Shown here piece by piece: positions 12,246-24,535 of a stretch of DNA of 64,000 bases; within the stretch, counting starts at the first letter, position 1, and each line of letters starts with the position of its first letter. The notes beneath the pieces are model-generated. The model searched no databases. It was given only the letters and a program-made list of their open reading frames with translations, and was not told the origin of the DNA. Location of the stretch: contig NW_027192192.1 in NCBI RefSeq assembly GCF_041956535.1, forward strand, positions 995,796 to 1,059,795. Direction: 5' to 3'. Source of the DNA: Calcarisporiella thermophila CBS 279.70. Lineage: Eukaryota; Fungi; Calcarisporiellomycota. Position numbers and translations under genes: made by a program.

Positions 12246-14437
12246 ATGATCGTGGACATCCTTAGACCGTTGTTAGATGGCCTCGTCTGCAGCACCGGAG
12301 GTTTCCGCATGGTGGCCGCCGTTGCCACCACCGCGCTCGTAGGATCCGTGGCGGCACGGGTGATCTATAGCACCTTCTTTTGCCCACTAAGGCATATCCC
12401 AGGCCCATTCTTGGTGCGGATATCGGATATGTTCTTATACTGGCCGCGGTCGAACGGCAAGATCCACGAGGTCCTGGAGCGAATGCACAGAGTAGCTATC
12501 AGCTGAGGTTATATTGGCATGCACTATTTATGTTGGAACTTACGGATGAACTGTTAAACGAATAGCAATACGGGCCCGTTGTTTAGTAAAGCCGACCTGT
12601 TTTTGAATTCCATTTCCCCTACTCATCTCTTTGCCATGCGAGCAGTTATGGGCCGGGAAAAGTTTCGGTCGCCGACGTTCAGGCCATCAAACCTATATTG
12701 GAGAGATATCCTAAAGCGCGGCGCTACGCGGCATTGGCGAGAGTATTGGGGCGAGAGGATCTCTTTACCGTGATGTCCGTATATTTGTTGCCATCCATAT
12801 CCTTTTTATTTCTCCGTTGTCTGAACAAGCATTTAATTGAAATAGTGATCCTGATAAACATCACCATCTTCGCCGCATCTTCTCGCCGGCTTTCTCCCTT
12901 GCCTACTTGAACTCTTTAGAGCAATACATTCATCTCCGCATCAAATCGATGCTAAATCACATCCGGGCAGCATGCAATCACCCGGATGAAGATGCAGTAG
13001 TTGACATGTGGGGGCTCTTGCAACGCCTAGCGCTTGACGTCATAGGAGAGACTTCATTTGGCGAATCATTCTACACTATTGAGAACGGCAGCCATCCGTT
13101 GCCACAGAGCGTGCGAACAGTCATGAAAAAGACAGCCATAGTAAGCTATCGATTCTAGTACTACTTAGACAAGTTAGATGTGCTAACAAGCCAATGTTGC
13201 AATGACAGTGTGCTCTTGTCCCCGGGATCAGTTGTCTAGTGAACATCAAACCTGAATTGCAATATACTGAAGAGGTTGGCTCCCCTGAACGAGACTATTA
13301 TCTTCGCTGCTCTATAGGTCTTACTAAAAATGATGCCATTGTATTTAGTTTATGAATGCACGGATAAGGACTCGGCGAGAATGCGTGGAAGAGAAAAGAA
13401 AAGACTTGCTGCAATTCTTGTTGGATGCACGGGATAACAAGCAGAACAATCTGGACGACATCGATGTGCTGAGGCAGGCGGTGATATTCTTGTACGACTG
13501 ATTAATTTTGAACGAAATTAGCTTTATTAGCATGTATGTTGATGCTAATGCCACCGGCGACGGTTGCCTGTAACTACCCTAGGATTGCTGGGAGTGATTC
13601 GACGGCCATTACCATGTTCAATACGCTGCTATTTCTCATCAAGCATCCCGAGACCCTCCAGCGGCTCAGATTGGAGCTGAACGAAGCCGTTTGCAACGTA
13701 AAAGAGGAAGTCCCACCCCACGAAATCCTAAAAAACTTGGACTTTTTGAATGCTGTTCTCAAAGAGACGATGCGGTTAAGGTAGACTTCACTACAATTGC
13801 TTTTGAAACGCGACCATAAGAGAAGCTGACTTGGAACTCCACGGAGTAGACCAATCGTGGTCGCCGGAGTGGCTCGAGAAGCGCCGGAGGACGTTGAAAT
13901 ATTGGGATACGCCATTCCAAAGGGGGCAAGTAGTGATGGGCTCTGTGAACTTATCGCATTGTATTCATGAAATTGCCTTGGGATACAGACGTCGGTAATA
14001 GCCAACCTTAGCTGGGTTCAGACGGATCCCAAGGTATGGGGTGCCGACACGCTCGAGTTTCGACCGGAGAGGTTCCTCGAAGAGTATCCTAAGGACGCGT
14101 TTTATCCTTTCAGTGCAGGAACACGGAACTGCATTGGGCAAAAGTAGATTGGCTACTCGCTATCCTCCTGTTTATATCTCTAAGATAACCCATCAACTAT
14201 ATCTAGCTTTGCAATGATAGAGCTAAGATCCGCGGTTGCCGCTCTGTTGCTCCATTTTGATATCGAACTTCCTGCCGAAGAACAATCTGGTTGGTTTTCC
14301 TATTGAATTTGACCCACGGCTTCTCACTCACTCTGGATCCCAATTTGATCCGTCTAGAGGAGCTGGTTGGATATATTACTCTAGGTCTAAAGAGCAATAG
14401 ATACAAAATGCGACTGCGGCCCCGATCGAGATTATAG
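12246..14437 (+). CDS. Cytochrome P450 (CYP53-clan-like), about 10 exons
   Basis: N-terminal TM then PLRHIPGP; I-helix AGSDSTA; ETMR (ExxR); FRPERF; heme motif [11 protein letters not shown]. Includes a 20-nt micro-exon (12566-12585) and a GC-AG intron (13926-13988). Confidence 0.93.
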
Positions 14438-14942
14438 TAGAAGGCTATGATGTGTTATTGAACATAGCAGTTTGATATACATCTTAGATAGAAATAATGC
14501 CTTTTCATTAATGAGTGTACTCAAAAAAATTTTTTTGGAGGTAGAATTAAGCGAAACTTTTCTTCAAATTGTCTATGCATAATAAGTTGAAGTATTCATC
14601 CTAGTAATGGAGAGAGCATAGTAGTGGGATAGACGATCATGTTAGGAGTAGGGGGAATAAGCGAGAGTTTGCTTGTAAAAGATACTGTGACAATATTTTC
14701 AGTATAAAGATGTCGTGCTTTGAGACGGGGGAAACTGGCTTTCAACACAATGCCTTTGAGATTGAGATGAAATTACATTTTGCATAGAGGTTTTTGAAAC
14801 TAGATTTATATACAGAGATCAAACTACAAAATTATCATGGTATAGAAACTTAGGGATCAGAAGATTTATCCGAATAAAATATTTTTGGCCGGATAACAGT
14901 GGATTAGTGGCCATCGGCAACAACTTCATCAGATAGTGGGAA

Positions 14943-15974
14943 TTAACTTGATTGTTGCGCCGTTGACTGAGATAAACTGGCATCGGGTCCCAGGTCTAGA
15001 CGAGAGTTTTTCTCCCGCAGCAACCTGCGGTGCACCGGCACTACCGTGTTCACCAACCAAGCTTGATTGCTTCTTAAGAACACCGTCTCCGGATATTGTT
15101 CGCCAGCATTCTCTCGCTTTGAGAGCTCACTCTCTACCATTTCGTATATTTTGATCAGTTTATCCCTTAGTATATCAAGGCCTTTCCCCTGCGAATCGGA
15201 TCTGCTGTCAAGCATATGCTTGAACCCCACTTCATGCTGGATGGATTTGTTGGCGATCCATTTCTCGACCGCGCTGGGGAAATCCTGGGGGGCGGCCACA
15301 ATGGACCACTGTTCTGGGTGGTAACCATGTTCAACGAGCTGATTAATCCGATAGTTCATTTCTGCCGCAGGAATGCCGACTACGCACACAACTCCCAACC
15401 CTGCCGCCACCAGTATTGCCATGGTAGTCGCAACCAACCCGGTGACTGCTAGTATTACTGGGGCAGTAAGAGCATATATCACTCCACCAATAACTACTGT
15501 GAGGGCCACTTTTGTCCCCCCCAGCGCCAGCCCAACTGGGATACCCAGGAGAAATGCTGTTTTGAAAACGCGGCTCACGCGAGTTCCATGCCAAAAGTAA
15601 AATGGCCCTTGCGACCAGGGGTGTCGGCTGCGAAGCTGATGATAGTATAACCGGGTTGCGAGATCGCGTTTAGGGAATTTCCCAAAACGATGCTCAGCAT
15701 GATATTTTCGCCATGCCGTCTCCCGCTCTTGCGCCAGTTGGTTTCGAATATGGAAACTGCGGATTTGGTGGCGGATTTGGTGGCGGATTTGGAGAGGCGG
15801 AGGGGATTTGAACTCTCGCTGAAGCGCGCACTGAGGATTGTAGAGTGAGAGATGGGAGCGGGATAGACCGTGGAGCAATCTTGGATGAACTTGGCGGAGA
15901 GATGCGTCGACCCTTAATCTCTGGGAGGCAACCGCGGGATTTCGAAAGATAGCCCGAGAAATGGGGAAAAACAA
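14943..15974 (-). CDS. Hypothetical membrane protein with mitochondrial-presequence-like N-terminus; start codon uncertain
   Basis: 343-codon ORF with an Arg-rich, acid-poor N-terminus and a long hydrophobic segment (FLLGIPVGLALGG...VVCVVGIP). Begins at TTG; first in-frame ATG is codon 185. Confidence 0.6.
   Translation of the reverse strand: MFFPISRAIFRNPAVASQRLRVDASLRQVHPRLLHGLSRSHLSLYNPQCALQREFKSPPPLQIRHQIRHQIRSFHIRNQLAQERETAWRKYHAEHRFGKFPKRDLATRLYYHQLRSRHPWSQGPFYFWHGTRVSRVFKTAFLLGIPVGLALGGTKVALTVVIGGVIYALTAPVILAVTGLVATTMAILVAAGLGVVCVVGIPAAEMNYRINQLVEHGYHPEQWSIVAAPQDFPSAVEKWIANKSIQHEVGFKHMLDSRSDSQGKGLDILRDKLIKIYEMVESELSKRENAGEQYPETVFLRSNQAWLVNTVVPVHRRLLREKNSRLDLGPDASLSQSTAQQSS
15759..15792 (-). 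repeat. 12-bp tandem repeat, about 3 copies (encodes QIRH-QIRH-QIRS)
   Basis: + strand gcggatttggtg gcggatttggtg gcggatttgg. Confidence 0.85.
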
Positions 15975-16483
15975 GAATAGATAGCAGCCATTCTGTGCTA
16001 GGAAAATATGAGTAGGATGCTCTTTGGTTTTGCCGGATTTCCCTCGGCTTTTCTCCAGTTTTTATTTTGCATATGTGCCGTCTTGGCTGTTTCTCGGCAG
16101 TCAAACTTTGCGGGGAAACGAGCGGAATCCGCTCCAATTTCACGGGAAAAATCTCCCGAGAGTTAGGGTTATATTGAGGCTTCGAAGCTGTGCAGTTTGG
16201 ATCTATGAGAGAGGTGATCTACAAGTTCTCAACACATCTTGGCTGAGGGCATCGTATAGGAACCCCAACATGTATAGCATTGTGCAGGCACAATGCAGAG
16301 CGGGAAGAGGAGACACGGTGCACTGCAAAAGAGAGAGAAGCCGAAAAGTTACTTGGGCTTGAATTAGTAAATTTTGGTTACCAAAGCGAAAAATCAGCAT
16401 CACCGATACTCGATTGTGCAGCTTTATTTCCGCCCTCGATTCCTTCCCTCGCTTTTCACTCTATCCACCGATATTATTAAGTG

Positions 16484-17994
16484 ATGACTACTCACGCGAT
16501 TACTGCCTTCAGGCGCTTCAATCAGTTTTCACGAATCGGTGGGTCTAAAGCTTACCTCTTCTCTAACACACATGTTCCCAAACCAACCATTCAACTTTTG
16601 CTTTTCCTCCGATTCAGCTAGGAGAAATGGGCCCCGATCGTTATACGTCTCCTCAGCTCGGTATTACGCGAGCACCGCTTCACCTTCAACTGCCAATCCT
16701 CAACCACAACACAACAAGCCGTAATGTTTTCTTTTTTTATTATCGACCTATTTTACTTTCTAACTTGGTTGACACGCTCTCCAGTCCTACTGGCATCCTC
16801 CTTATGAATCTGGGTGGCCCCTCTACGACCGACGAAGTGCATGATTTTCTCCTTCGCCTCTTCTCCGATCGAGACTTAATTCCGCTCCCATTTCAGCGTT
16901 ACCTTGCTCCTCTTATCGCCAAAAGACGCACACCCAAGATTCAAGATCAGTATCAACAGATTGGAGGAGGATCGCCTATCCGAGCTTGGACAGACAAGCA
17001 GGGAAAATTAATGACGGAAATTTTAGATCGCATCTCGCCGGAAACTGGTATTTATTCTTATAGTGTTCATTTTTGTTCAAGTGTAAGGGATTAGTTCTCA
17101 AAAACTGCTCTTCGTGTTAGCGCCTCACAAACACTACATCGGTTTTCGCTATGCACGGCCTCTAACGGAGGATGCGCTAGAGCAGATGAAAGCCGACGGA
17201 GTTTCTCGTGCAGTTGCTTTCACGCAGTACCCTCAATACTCCTGCTCGACTACTGGCAGCAGTCTCAATGAGTTATACCGGAAATTGAAGCAGTTCGACC
17301 CGGAACAACGTATCCAGTGGAGTGTTATTGATCGCTGGCCGACTCACCCTGGATTAGTTGAAGCTTTCGCCAAGAAGATTGAGGCGGCCCTCTTAAATTA
17401 CTCTCCTGAAGCTCGCAAAGAGGTGGTGCTGCTCTTCTCTGCCCACTCTCTCCCCATGTCCGTGGTGTTGCGCGGGGACCCATATCCCTTCGAAGTGGCC
17501 GCCACCGTTTCGCGGGTGATGGAGCGTCTCGGGCATAAAAATCCGTATCGGCTTGTGTGGCAGTCCAAAGTGGGCCCCTCTGCATGGCTTGGGCCCGCCA
17601 CTAGCACATCGGTAGAGAGTCTGGCAAAGAAAGGCCACAAAAACATACTCTTGGTTCCTATCGCCTTCACCTCCGATCATATTGAGACGCTTTTCGAGCT
17701 TGATTTGGAACTGGGGGAGGAGGCCGAAAAGGTAAAAAATTTTGTCTGCAACCTTGTTCAACAGGGCCGTAATCTCAGTGTATTTTGAATCTACTTTAGC
17801 TCGGGATCACCGGGTTGAAGCGCGCCGAATCCCTTAACGACGACCCGCTCTTCATTCAAGCTATGGCCGATCTAGTGAAAGCCAATCTCGTGAGCCAACA
17901 AACGGTTAGCCCTCAAATGCTGTTCCAATGCCCCGACTGCAGAAATGACACCTGCCGCCAACAAAAGCAGTTTTTCAAGGAGCAAAAACTATGA
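16484..17994 (+). CDS. HEM15: Ferrochelatase, mitochondrial, [2Fe-2S]-type
   Basis: [42 protein letters not shown]; C-terminal CPDCRNDTC; presequence in exons 1-2; 4 introns. Confidence 0.97.
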
Positions 17995-18019
17995 GGCCTC
18001 CATGTTTTCTTTTTCTTTT

Positions 18020-18076
18020 CCCTTTCTCCTCCTCCCCCTCCTCCCCCTCCTCCCCCCCCTCCCCCTCCTCCTCCTT
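18020..18076 (+). repeat. Polypyrimidine (CCT/CCC)n tract between convergent HEM15 and NUXM
   Basis: cccttctcctcctccccctcctccccctcctcccccccctccccctcctcctcctt-like run. Confidence 0.8.
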
Positions 18077-18329
18077 TACTTCCTTGTTTACTTAGACATG
18101 GATATCGGAGAATTCGCACGAGTTTGATTCCAAAAACAAAAAGTAAAAATAAAAATCATGATAATATAAACGGATTTAATAAGTTTTATGAAATATTTAA
18201 AGAGAAAAAGAAAAGGGAGAGAAGAAGTTAGGATACCGAATAAGGAGGAGAAAAGTACACAGCAAGTTAAACCACATTTCAACGCAAAAGCGCAACCCCG
18301 AACCGGAGGTTGTTTGTCTATTTGTCAAT

Positions 18330-18955
18330 CTAATTTTCAGATGCTTGATACTTGCTAGTGTCGACTCCATGCGATTCATGATTCGTCGTGTTAAACCATG
18401 GCACAGCATGGAGCTTCAGTGCCGAGTACTTGCTGGTGCGCGACGACACGCCCTGCATGTAGGGGCTGAGATGGGACTCACCGTAGAGGGGTTTGCCCTC
18501 CTTCAAGCGCTGCTCCATTTCTTCTTTGTCGAGCTGCACTTCGCGTTCATTCTCGGACCAGCCCCAGAAACGCTTGCTGCTGCGCTGATAGGCGAACATG
18601 AAGCCACCGACGGCGCCGAAGAACGTGGCGAGCTTGAGAGCTGTACCGAGACCACGGGGCGCACGGGTTGGATTGACTTGATCTGGGCGAGACAGAGAAG
18701 TAGAGCAGGATTAGTAATGAATTCTAGATGCATCTTGTGAGCAGCCGGCAGCATCGTGCACTGGCCTGGCGACCTAGCAAGGATCGATTTCAATTTTCAG
18801 TTCTCCTTACCCATTCCGTATAGGAGGGCGGGGAAGGCAGCAGTGCCAACTCCCCACGCCGCATAATCGGACGGACGGAAATAGCGCACCACACGGGATA
18901 TGTGTGGATCCGTATCGATGACGGGATATGGCGTATTGATGGCTTTCTCGGGCAT
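18330..18955 (-). CDS. NUXM: Complex I accessory subunit, fungal 20.9/21-kDa (NUXM)
   Basis: TPYPVIDTDPHISRVVRYFRPSDY...AYQRSSKRFWGWSENEREV...PLYGES...PWFNTTNHESHGVDTSKY; intron 18683-18810. Confidence 0.93.
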
Positions 18956-19226
18956 CGTTTCACTTTTTATACGAAGGAAAACGAAGACGATGAATAGGTT
19001 CAATGGCCTGGTAAATTAGGTGCAGGTTTGAAAACAAATACGGTGACGTGAGCACTCAATTTCGAGAATAAGGATAGGAATAAGGAGAAGCATTGAACAA
19101 TTAAAATTTCATATTTTTTTTTACGTGCATCTCTTACTTTAATAATACTTTATCCCTATTTTTGCTCCAGACCGTCCTTAGTATATCTCCTTTATACTAT
19201 TACTTATTTTATATAATATAATAATC

Positions 19227-20019
19227 ATGGCTGGCCCCGCTCGCGAGGAGGAGAGGCAGTATGGATCCCGTTCCCAACATCTTTCACCGTTTTACTAATT
19301 TGAGATTTCCTCTTAGCTTCAGGCCGAGCGATAGGCGGGACTTTGGGGCCAAGCAGCGAAAGAACTCCTTTGGTATGTCTTTCGGCTTTTTTCTCCCCAC
19401 GATCCTTTCCCACTCCAACAACCATCTCGCAGAAAATGTCCATCCCACTAATGCTGTCCCTTGGTAGGTCGCAATGGAAAGGAGGGCGGGCGGCCAAGCT
19501 TCATCCCTTCTGGTTTGCAGCGCAGCCAGTCGGCCGAGGGCCCTTCTCCATCACACAATCCGGCCTCGCATGTGTCAGTGAATGGTCTGAATAGTCATGA
19601 GGTGTCTTCGTTTCTTACACAAGGTAATTCCCCTTATTCTATGCCTCAAACACATTGATCGAGCCACTCATTATCCTATAGCATGGTCGGATGTTCTCAA
19701 CAATATGAACCACCCTTCGGAATCAGGTATGAATATTTGTGTGGTTATTTTACGATTCAATGTCCATCTAATGGTGAGCAATCCGTGTGGATTTAGCTGA
19801 GAAATATGAGGTGTATAAAACTACGGAGAAGGCCTGGGGAGGTAAGAACGCTCTTACCTCCGTAATAAGCCCCAAAGGTAAATTTCAGTTGGCTCCAGGA
19901 GGAATGAGAGGGAAAGAGATATAATCCTGGCCTTTTTCTATTGTTTCGATTTATTAGTAGGCACAATGGCAGACGGAACGGATTTTCTTGCCCAAGTGCG
20001 GAAACTAACACAGTCGTGA
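19227..20019 (+). CDS. Small (130-142 aa) 6-exon protein of unknown function, not represented in the ORF track
   Basis: Exons 19227-19258, 19317-19372, 19468-19623, 19682-19726, 19797-19841 (or 19877), 19961-20019 splice in frame through five GT-AG introns; introns 1-4 have CTAAT/CTCAT branch points. AT-rich TATA-like stretch just upstream. Confidence 0.8.
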
Positions 20020-20405
20020 GGGAGTGAACCTGGACTACAAATAGGATATGAAGCGCTTAAGCGAGATAAATGCATTCAGCCAAATTCGCTATGGAAACTT
20101 AACTTATGTCAAAAAAAAAGACTTTCATAAAAGATTTGAAAATATCTAACATTTTTTGTTGGGATATTTCTCTTTACCATAGTAACAAAAAAAAACTGTA
20201 CGAATATTTTCTTTGTTTCTTTATTATTTTCTGTGTGATTTTGTTTTCCTGGTTAAGTGTGCTTATTTTTTTTTTGCCTGCTTTGTTACATTGTGTTTTT
20301 TTCTTCTTCCACTTTATGCCCAGCAAATACACTTTGTATATGAACATTAGGTGCACACATTAAAAAACTCGGTTGCTTACCACCTCAATATTGCGGCCTC
20401 TATTT

Positions 20406-20903
20406 TCACAGAGGACAAGCAGGTGCTTCTGCAGCCCCCCCTTGCGCCTCCTCCTCTCCCTTCTTCTCCCTACTGGCTGCCGCTGCCTCTCGAGACTTGA
20501 CCGGACTATCGCTGTGTCCGAGCGCCATCTCGGGGGCAATCCGATTTCTTACGAGCTGCTTCAGCTCCTTCATCTCGGGGAATCTCCCCTCTTTCTTGCG
20601 ATCGAAAATCACTTCGCCATCCACGCGTACGCAAAAAATGCCACTCTGCTGCTTTCCTGGGATGAGAGCCACCTCGCCAAGCTGGTTGGAGAAGGTGGTT
20701 AGGAGTTCTTGCGCGGCCCATCCTAATTCATATTGGTATTGAGATTACAAAAGCGCTTGAGTTAGGGTAATGGAGAGTGAAATCCAGGGTCTGGTGCTAG
20801 AATACCTACCCGCTCGAAGCATCCATCGACACTGCGTACAGTATTCGATTTCTACGCGGGGCTGGCGAACGGTGAGAGGTTGAGAAGTTGGGTCGGAACT
20901 CAT
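20406..20903 (-). CDS. Rdx-family SelT/SelW/SelH-like thioredoxin-fold protein (CxxC, Cys form)
   Basis: PRVEIEYCTQCRWMLRAG|WAAQELLTTF...IFDRKKEGRFPEMKELKQLVRNRIAP..LGHSD; intron 20723-20809. Confidence 0.93.
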
Positions 20904-21479
20904 TAGATAACGGCTGAAGAATGCATTCGGGTTGCCTATCAACTACGAAGAAGAAATCGTATCTCCAGGTGGCAATGGCTTAGTCGATACTATCTCCAGG
21001 TCGAATGCATAGGCATTCGATTTCGAAAGCCAATGCTTATTAGCTGGATTAAAAGATGCACCCTGTTTTCCTTCACCTCTTCCCATCCTTCTCCTGGCCT
21101 CCCTATCTCAATCTCTCAACACCGAACCAAGGGATTTCGACCCATTTTGATGTACCTATACATACCTACGATCTTTCATCTGAGAACTTAAAGGCTCTCT
21201 AATTTGGTTTCTTCTAAAGAGACATACCCACTTGCATGCAGCAAGTCAGGTCATTTATTAAAGCACACACGGTTTATTTTCAAAAAATAATCATATAATG
21301 CATATCTATTATAATAGAGCAAAAAAAGTAGACTAAGCCATAAATACTTATATGTATATGAATGTATGTACGAATGGATAGAAAGGGAACTATAGCGGAT
21401 AACAGGTATATTGTAGGGTTAGATCTCAAAAATTCAACCAACTTATAGCGTCTATTGCGCGCCGGGTCATCAAGGCCCG

Positions 21480-22903
21480 TCATTTTCTATTGTAGTTGAT
21501 GGCTCTATTCACATCTTCTACGAAAAAGGGTGCCTCCATGATCACCCCTATTCCCTCGGGATCCTTAAGGTATTGCATCGGCGAGTCCGAAGAAACAACG
21601 ATGGTCGGTGTATCTCCCGTCCATTCGCTCAGGTTCTTGCCCTCTTCTTCAAGCCTACCTTCAGTGAGCGGGGTGTCCGTTGGGCTCACCAATGCAGACG
21701 CAAACACTTCTCTTTTATTTTCCGGCGAGAGCTCACCCGAGTTTTCAAAGTACGACTCACCCTCGCTTGCATCTGCGTCGTACCCTCCTGCGCTTAAGAA
21801 CGAGGCTGCAGGCGAGCTTGGTGGGGGCAGCCAATGGCCATCTGCGTCGGCAACAATGGTGTCTGCACTGTCTGCAGAGTCAAGGGTATCCGACCGGCGT
21901 GGGTTTCTAGCGCGTCGTGGCGGCGAAGGGATCTGGAGGAAAGTGTCCTTCTGCTCCACTACATACTGTTTGGCCTTGAGAGTAGAGAGCTTAATTAGTT
22001 TCTGCATACGTGCCTGTTGCTCAGCAACGTATTTCTCTATATGCGCTGTCGACTTGTGGAACTCGGAGTGGCGGTGCCTGTATTTCTCCACGGGGGAGAC
22101 CTGAGATGTCTCCTCCTCATCTATCTCCTCCTCTAACTCCTTCTGCGTTTCTTCCAATATGACCGGCGAGGGTGAAGGCTTTTTGGGCGTAAGAGTGGGG
22201 AGAAAATCTATGATATCTACTTGGGGTGCCTTGACGAAATTGCGCTGAGCGTGTTGGAGAGGGATATAGTGGTCTCGCTTCAGAGGCTGCGGTCTATGCT
22301 CGAAGGGTAAGTCGAACGAGGCCGAATAGTCAGGAGCGCTAGGAGACAGAAATGCGAGTGTTAGTATTGTTCCTCCAGGGCGGCCTACAATTATTAATTG
22401 AGAATTTACTGTTGCTTTGTAGTAGGCTCATAGGCCAAGACACGGTGCCTATTTTTTAGGTCTTCTGGCGGAGCAGAATGTCTTTTCCGATTCCTAAACA
22501 GCTTTTTTTTCACATTCTTCTGTGCCACTTGTGCGCGCTCGGCCGTCATCCTCTCATCGCCCTTCTCCGATTCTCTTCCTGCAGTGGCTCTGCTCATCTC
22601 CCTTCGCGCCGGTAAAAACATAGAGTGACGTCTACTTTTCTCTTTTTCGATGGGAGCCACAGGTGAGTCTCTCGAGGAGCGCGATTCAATCGAATTCCTC
22701 GAAGTCTCCACCAATTCGAATCGGTCCAGCGCCGCATTTTCCTTTCCGACCTTATCGATGTGCCAGGTATGTCTTTTTTCGACGGCCGGAGCGGGATGGG
22801 TGCTGGCGTGCAGGCTAATGCGGCGGAAGGCATGAGCTATCGATCGCACGAGGGTGCGTTTTTGTGGGGAGGAGGTATTTGGCTCGGGAAGGGTGGCGTG
22901 CAT
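21480..22903 (-). CDS. Hypothetical largely disordered protein (basic N-half with RRxS/KRxS motifs, acidic C-half)
   Basis: ATG 22903; intron 22339-22409 joins two long ORFs in frame. Confidence 0.7.
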
Positions 22904-23727
22904 CGAGGTCACTAGCGCGGTCTTGCTGCAGCAGAGTGGAGGGGGTATGATGGGGGAAATACACGAGTTATATGGACAGCGGCGGGAGGGAGGAGGGTCG
23001 AGCGCTCATCGTGTAACTCGAATATGAGGGAGGGGCGAGAGTAGAGAGGATAAGGTCCCGCGCGCGTATTTGAAAATTCGGAGCTTTTCCACATCAGATG
23101 ACGACTGCTAGCAGTGCTACAATTGTGCGCGGTATTTTTTTTTACTACGAACCCAAAGGCAGTTTTTTGCCGCAGGATTGTTTATCCCGCTTTCCCCCAT
23201 TTTCTCCTCGTTTCCCGGCCTCTCTCCTCGACGCTTTCGCTCGCATTATTGCCAAGGACGCGCAAATCAATAGAAGACACTATTAAGAAATTGGCCATGC
23301 TCTAAAGCGCTTCCCGTTAAACAACCGAGCCAGGAAGGCCATATTAACAAAGTTTAAATTTGAATTCAAAATGTCTTTGACTCGAGCCAAACGGTAATAC
23401 CAAAGTCTCTGGTCACAATGCTTTGGAGCAATCCTGTATCCGATTCATTTTTCCTTGGTTTTTTGCGCCTTCTACGAGGAATTTCCGTACTAGTACCAAT
23501 TTGTAGCATCGCACGCCGCTGCAGCCGAGAAATGGCCCAACCCGCTAGTGTTCTCCAGGATTGAAGCGGCCGCATTCTTGGCCATTTTAAGTGGAGGGGA
23601 CTCGCGAAATGGGACTGCCAGTTTTGGCCACTGGGTTTTCTCCAAGAAAGAGAAACGCCGCTTTTATTTCTTTTATAAATCCTTACTGGCAATTCTCGGA
23701 ATAAAAATAAGACATATTACTGAGAAG

Positions 23728-24535
23728 ATGGAGAAAAAATCTGCTCTAGTTTTGTTGACCAATGGCTCTGAGGAAATGGAGGTGGTCATTACTGGTTCGT
23801 TTGTAATGGCTTCGATGAAGTTGGGAACTCCAGTAGATTAATACTACCTTTGGCCTTCCAAATTTATAGTCGACGTCCTTCGACGCGCAGAAATTAACGT
23901 GACGGTTGCTGGGGTGGATCTGGTGCCATCGTCTGGCAATCTCGGCCCGGCGCATTGCAGCCGGGGGGTTCAGATCCAGCCCGACATTAATTTTTCTGAT
24001 TTAGACTCGACAAAACGCAGAGGATACGATGCCTATATTGTTCCCGGGGGCATGGCAGGTGCGCAGTCTCTTGCGGCTAATGCACAAGTTCAGACGTTGT
24101 TGAGTGGAGCCTTCAGGGATGGAAAATTCGTGTGTGCCATTTGCGCAGGTATGGTCCCCTGTTTCTAAGTCCATAAGAGCGCACCCCCACTCACCCAAGC
24201 TATTTCATAGGCCCTTTGGCAATCAAGGCTGCGAATATTGCAAAGGGGAAAACTCTTACGTCTCACCCTAGTGTGCAGCAGCAGTTGGAGGGCGATTACA
24301 ACTATTCCGAGTCTCGCGTGGTAGTCGACGATAATTTAGTCACGAGTCGTGGCCCAGGCACGGCTTTCCTCTTTGCGCTCACCATTGTAAAATTACTTTG
24401 CGGGCAAAAGGTAAAAGATCTAACCTCGCCAACCATTCCACTGGGAAACGGCTAAGCACCTCTTTTCCTCTCCCTATTTTTTTTCAGGTGGTGGATAACA
24501 TCTCTCCGCCTATGCTTCTACCGCCCTCGCTCTGA
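23728..24535 (+). CDS. DJ-1: DJ-1/YajL-type DJ-1/PfpI protein (glyoxalase/deglycase)
   Basis: GSEEMEVVIT|VDVLRRA, YDAYIVPGGMAGA, AICAG (nucleophile Cys), LTSHP, VTSRGPGTA; 3 introns. Confidence 0.94.

Noticed and set aside
17983-17994. Ferrochelatase C-terminal QKL as PTS1
   Set aside because: Weak non-canonical signal and the protein has a clear mitochondrial presequence.
20100-20850. Selenoprotein with UGA-Sec and SECIS
   Set aside because: Both redox positions are TGT and no SECIS-like core was seen in the 3' UTR.
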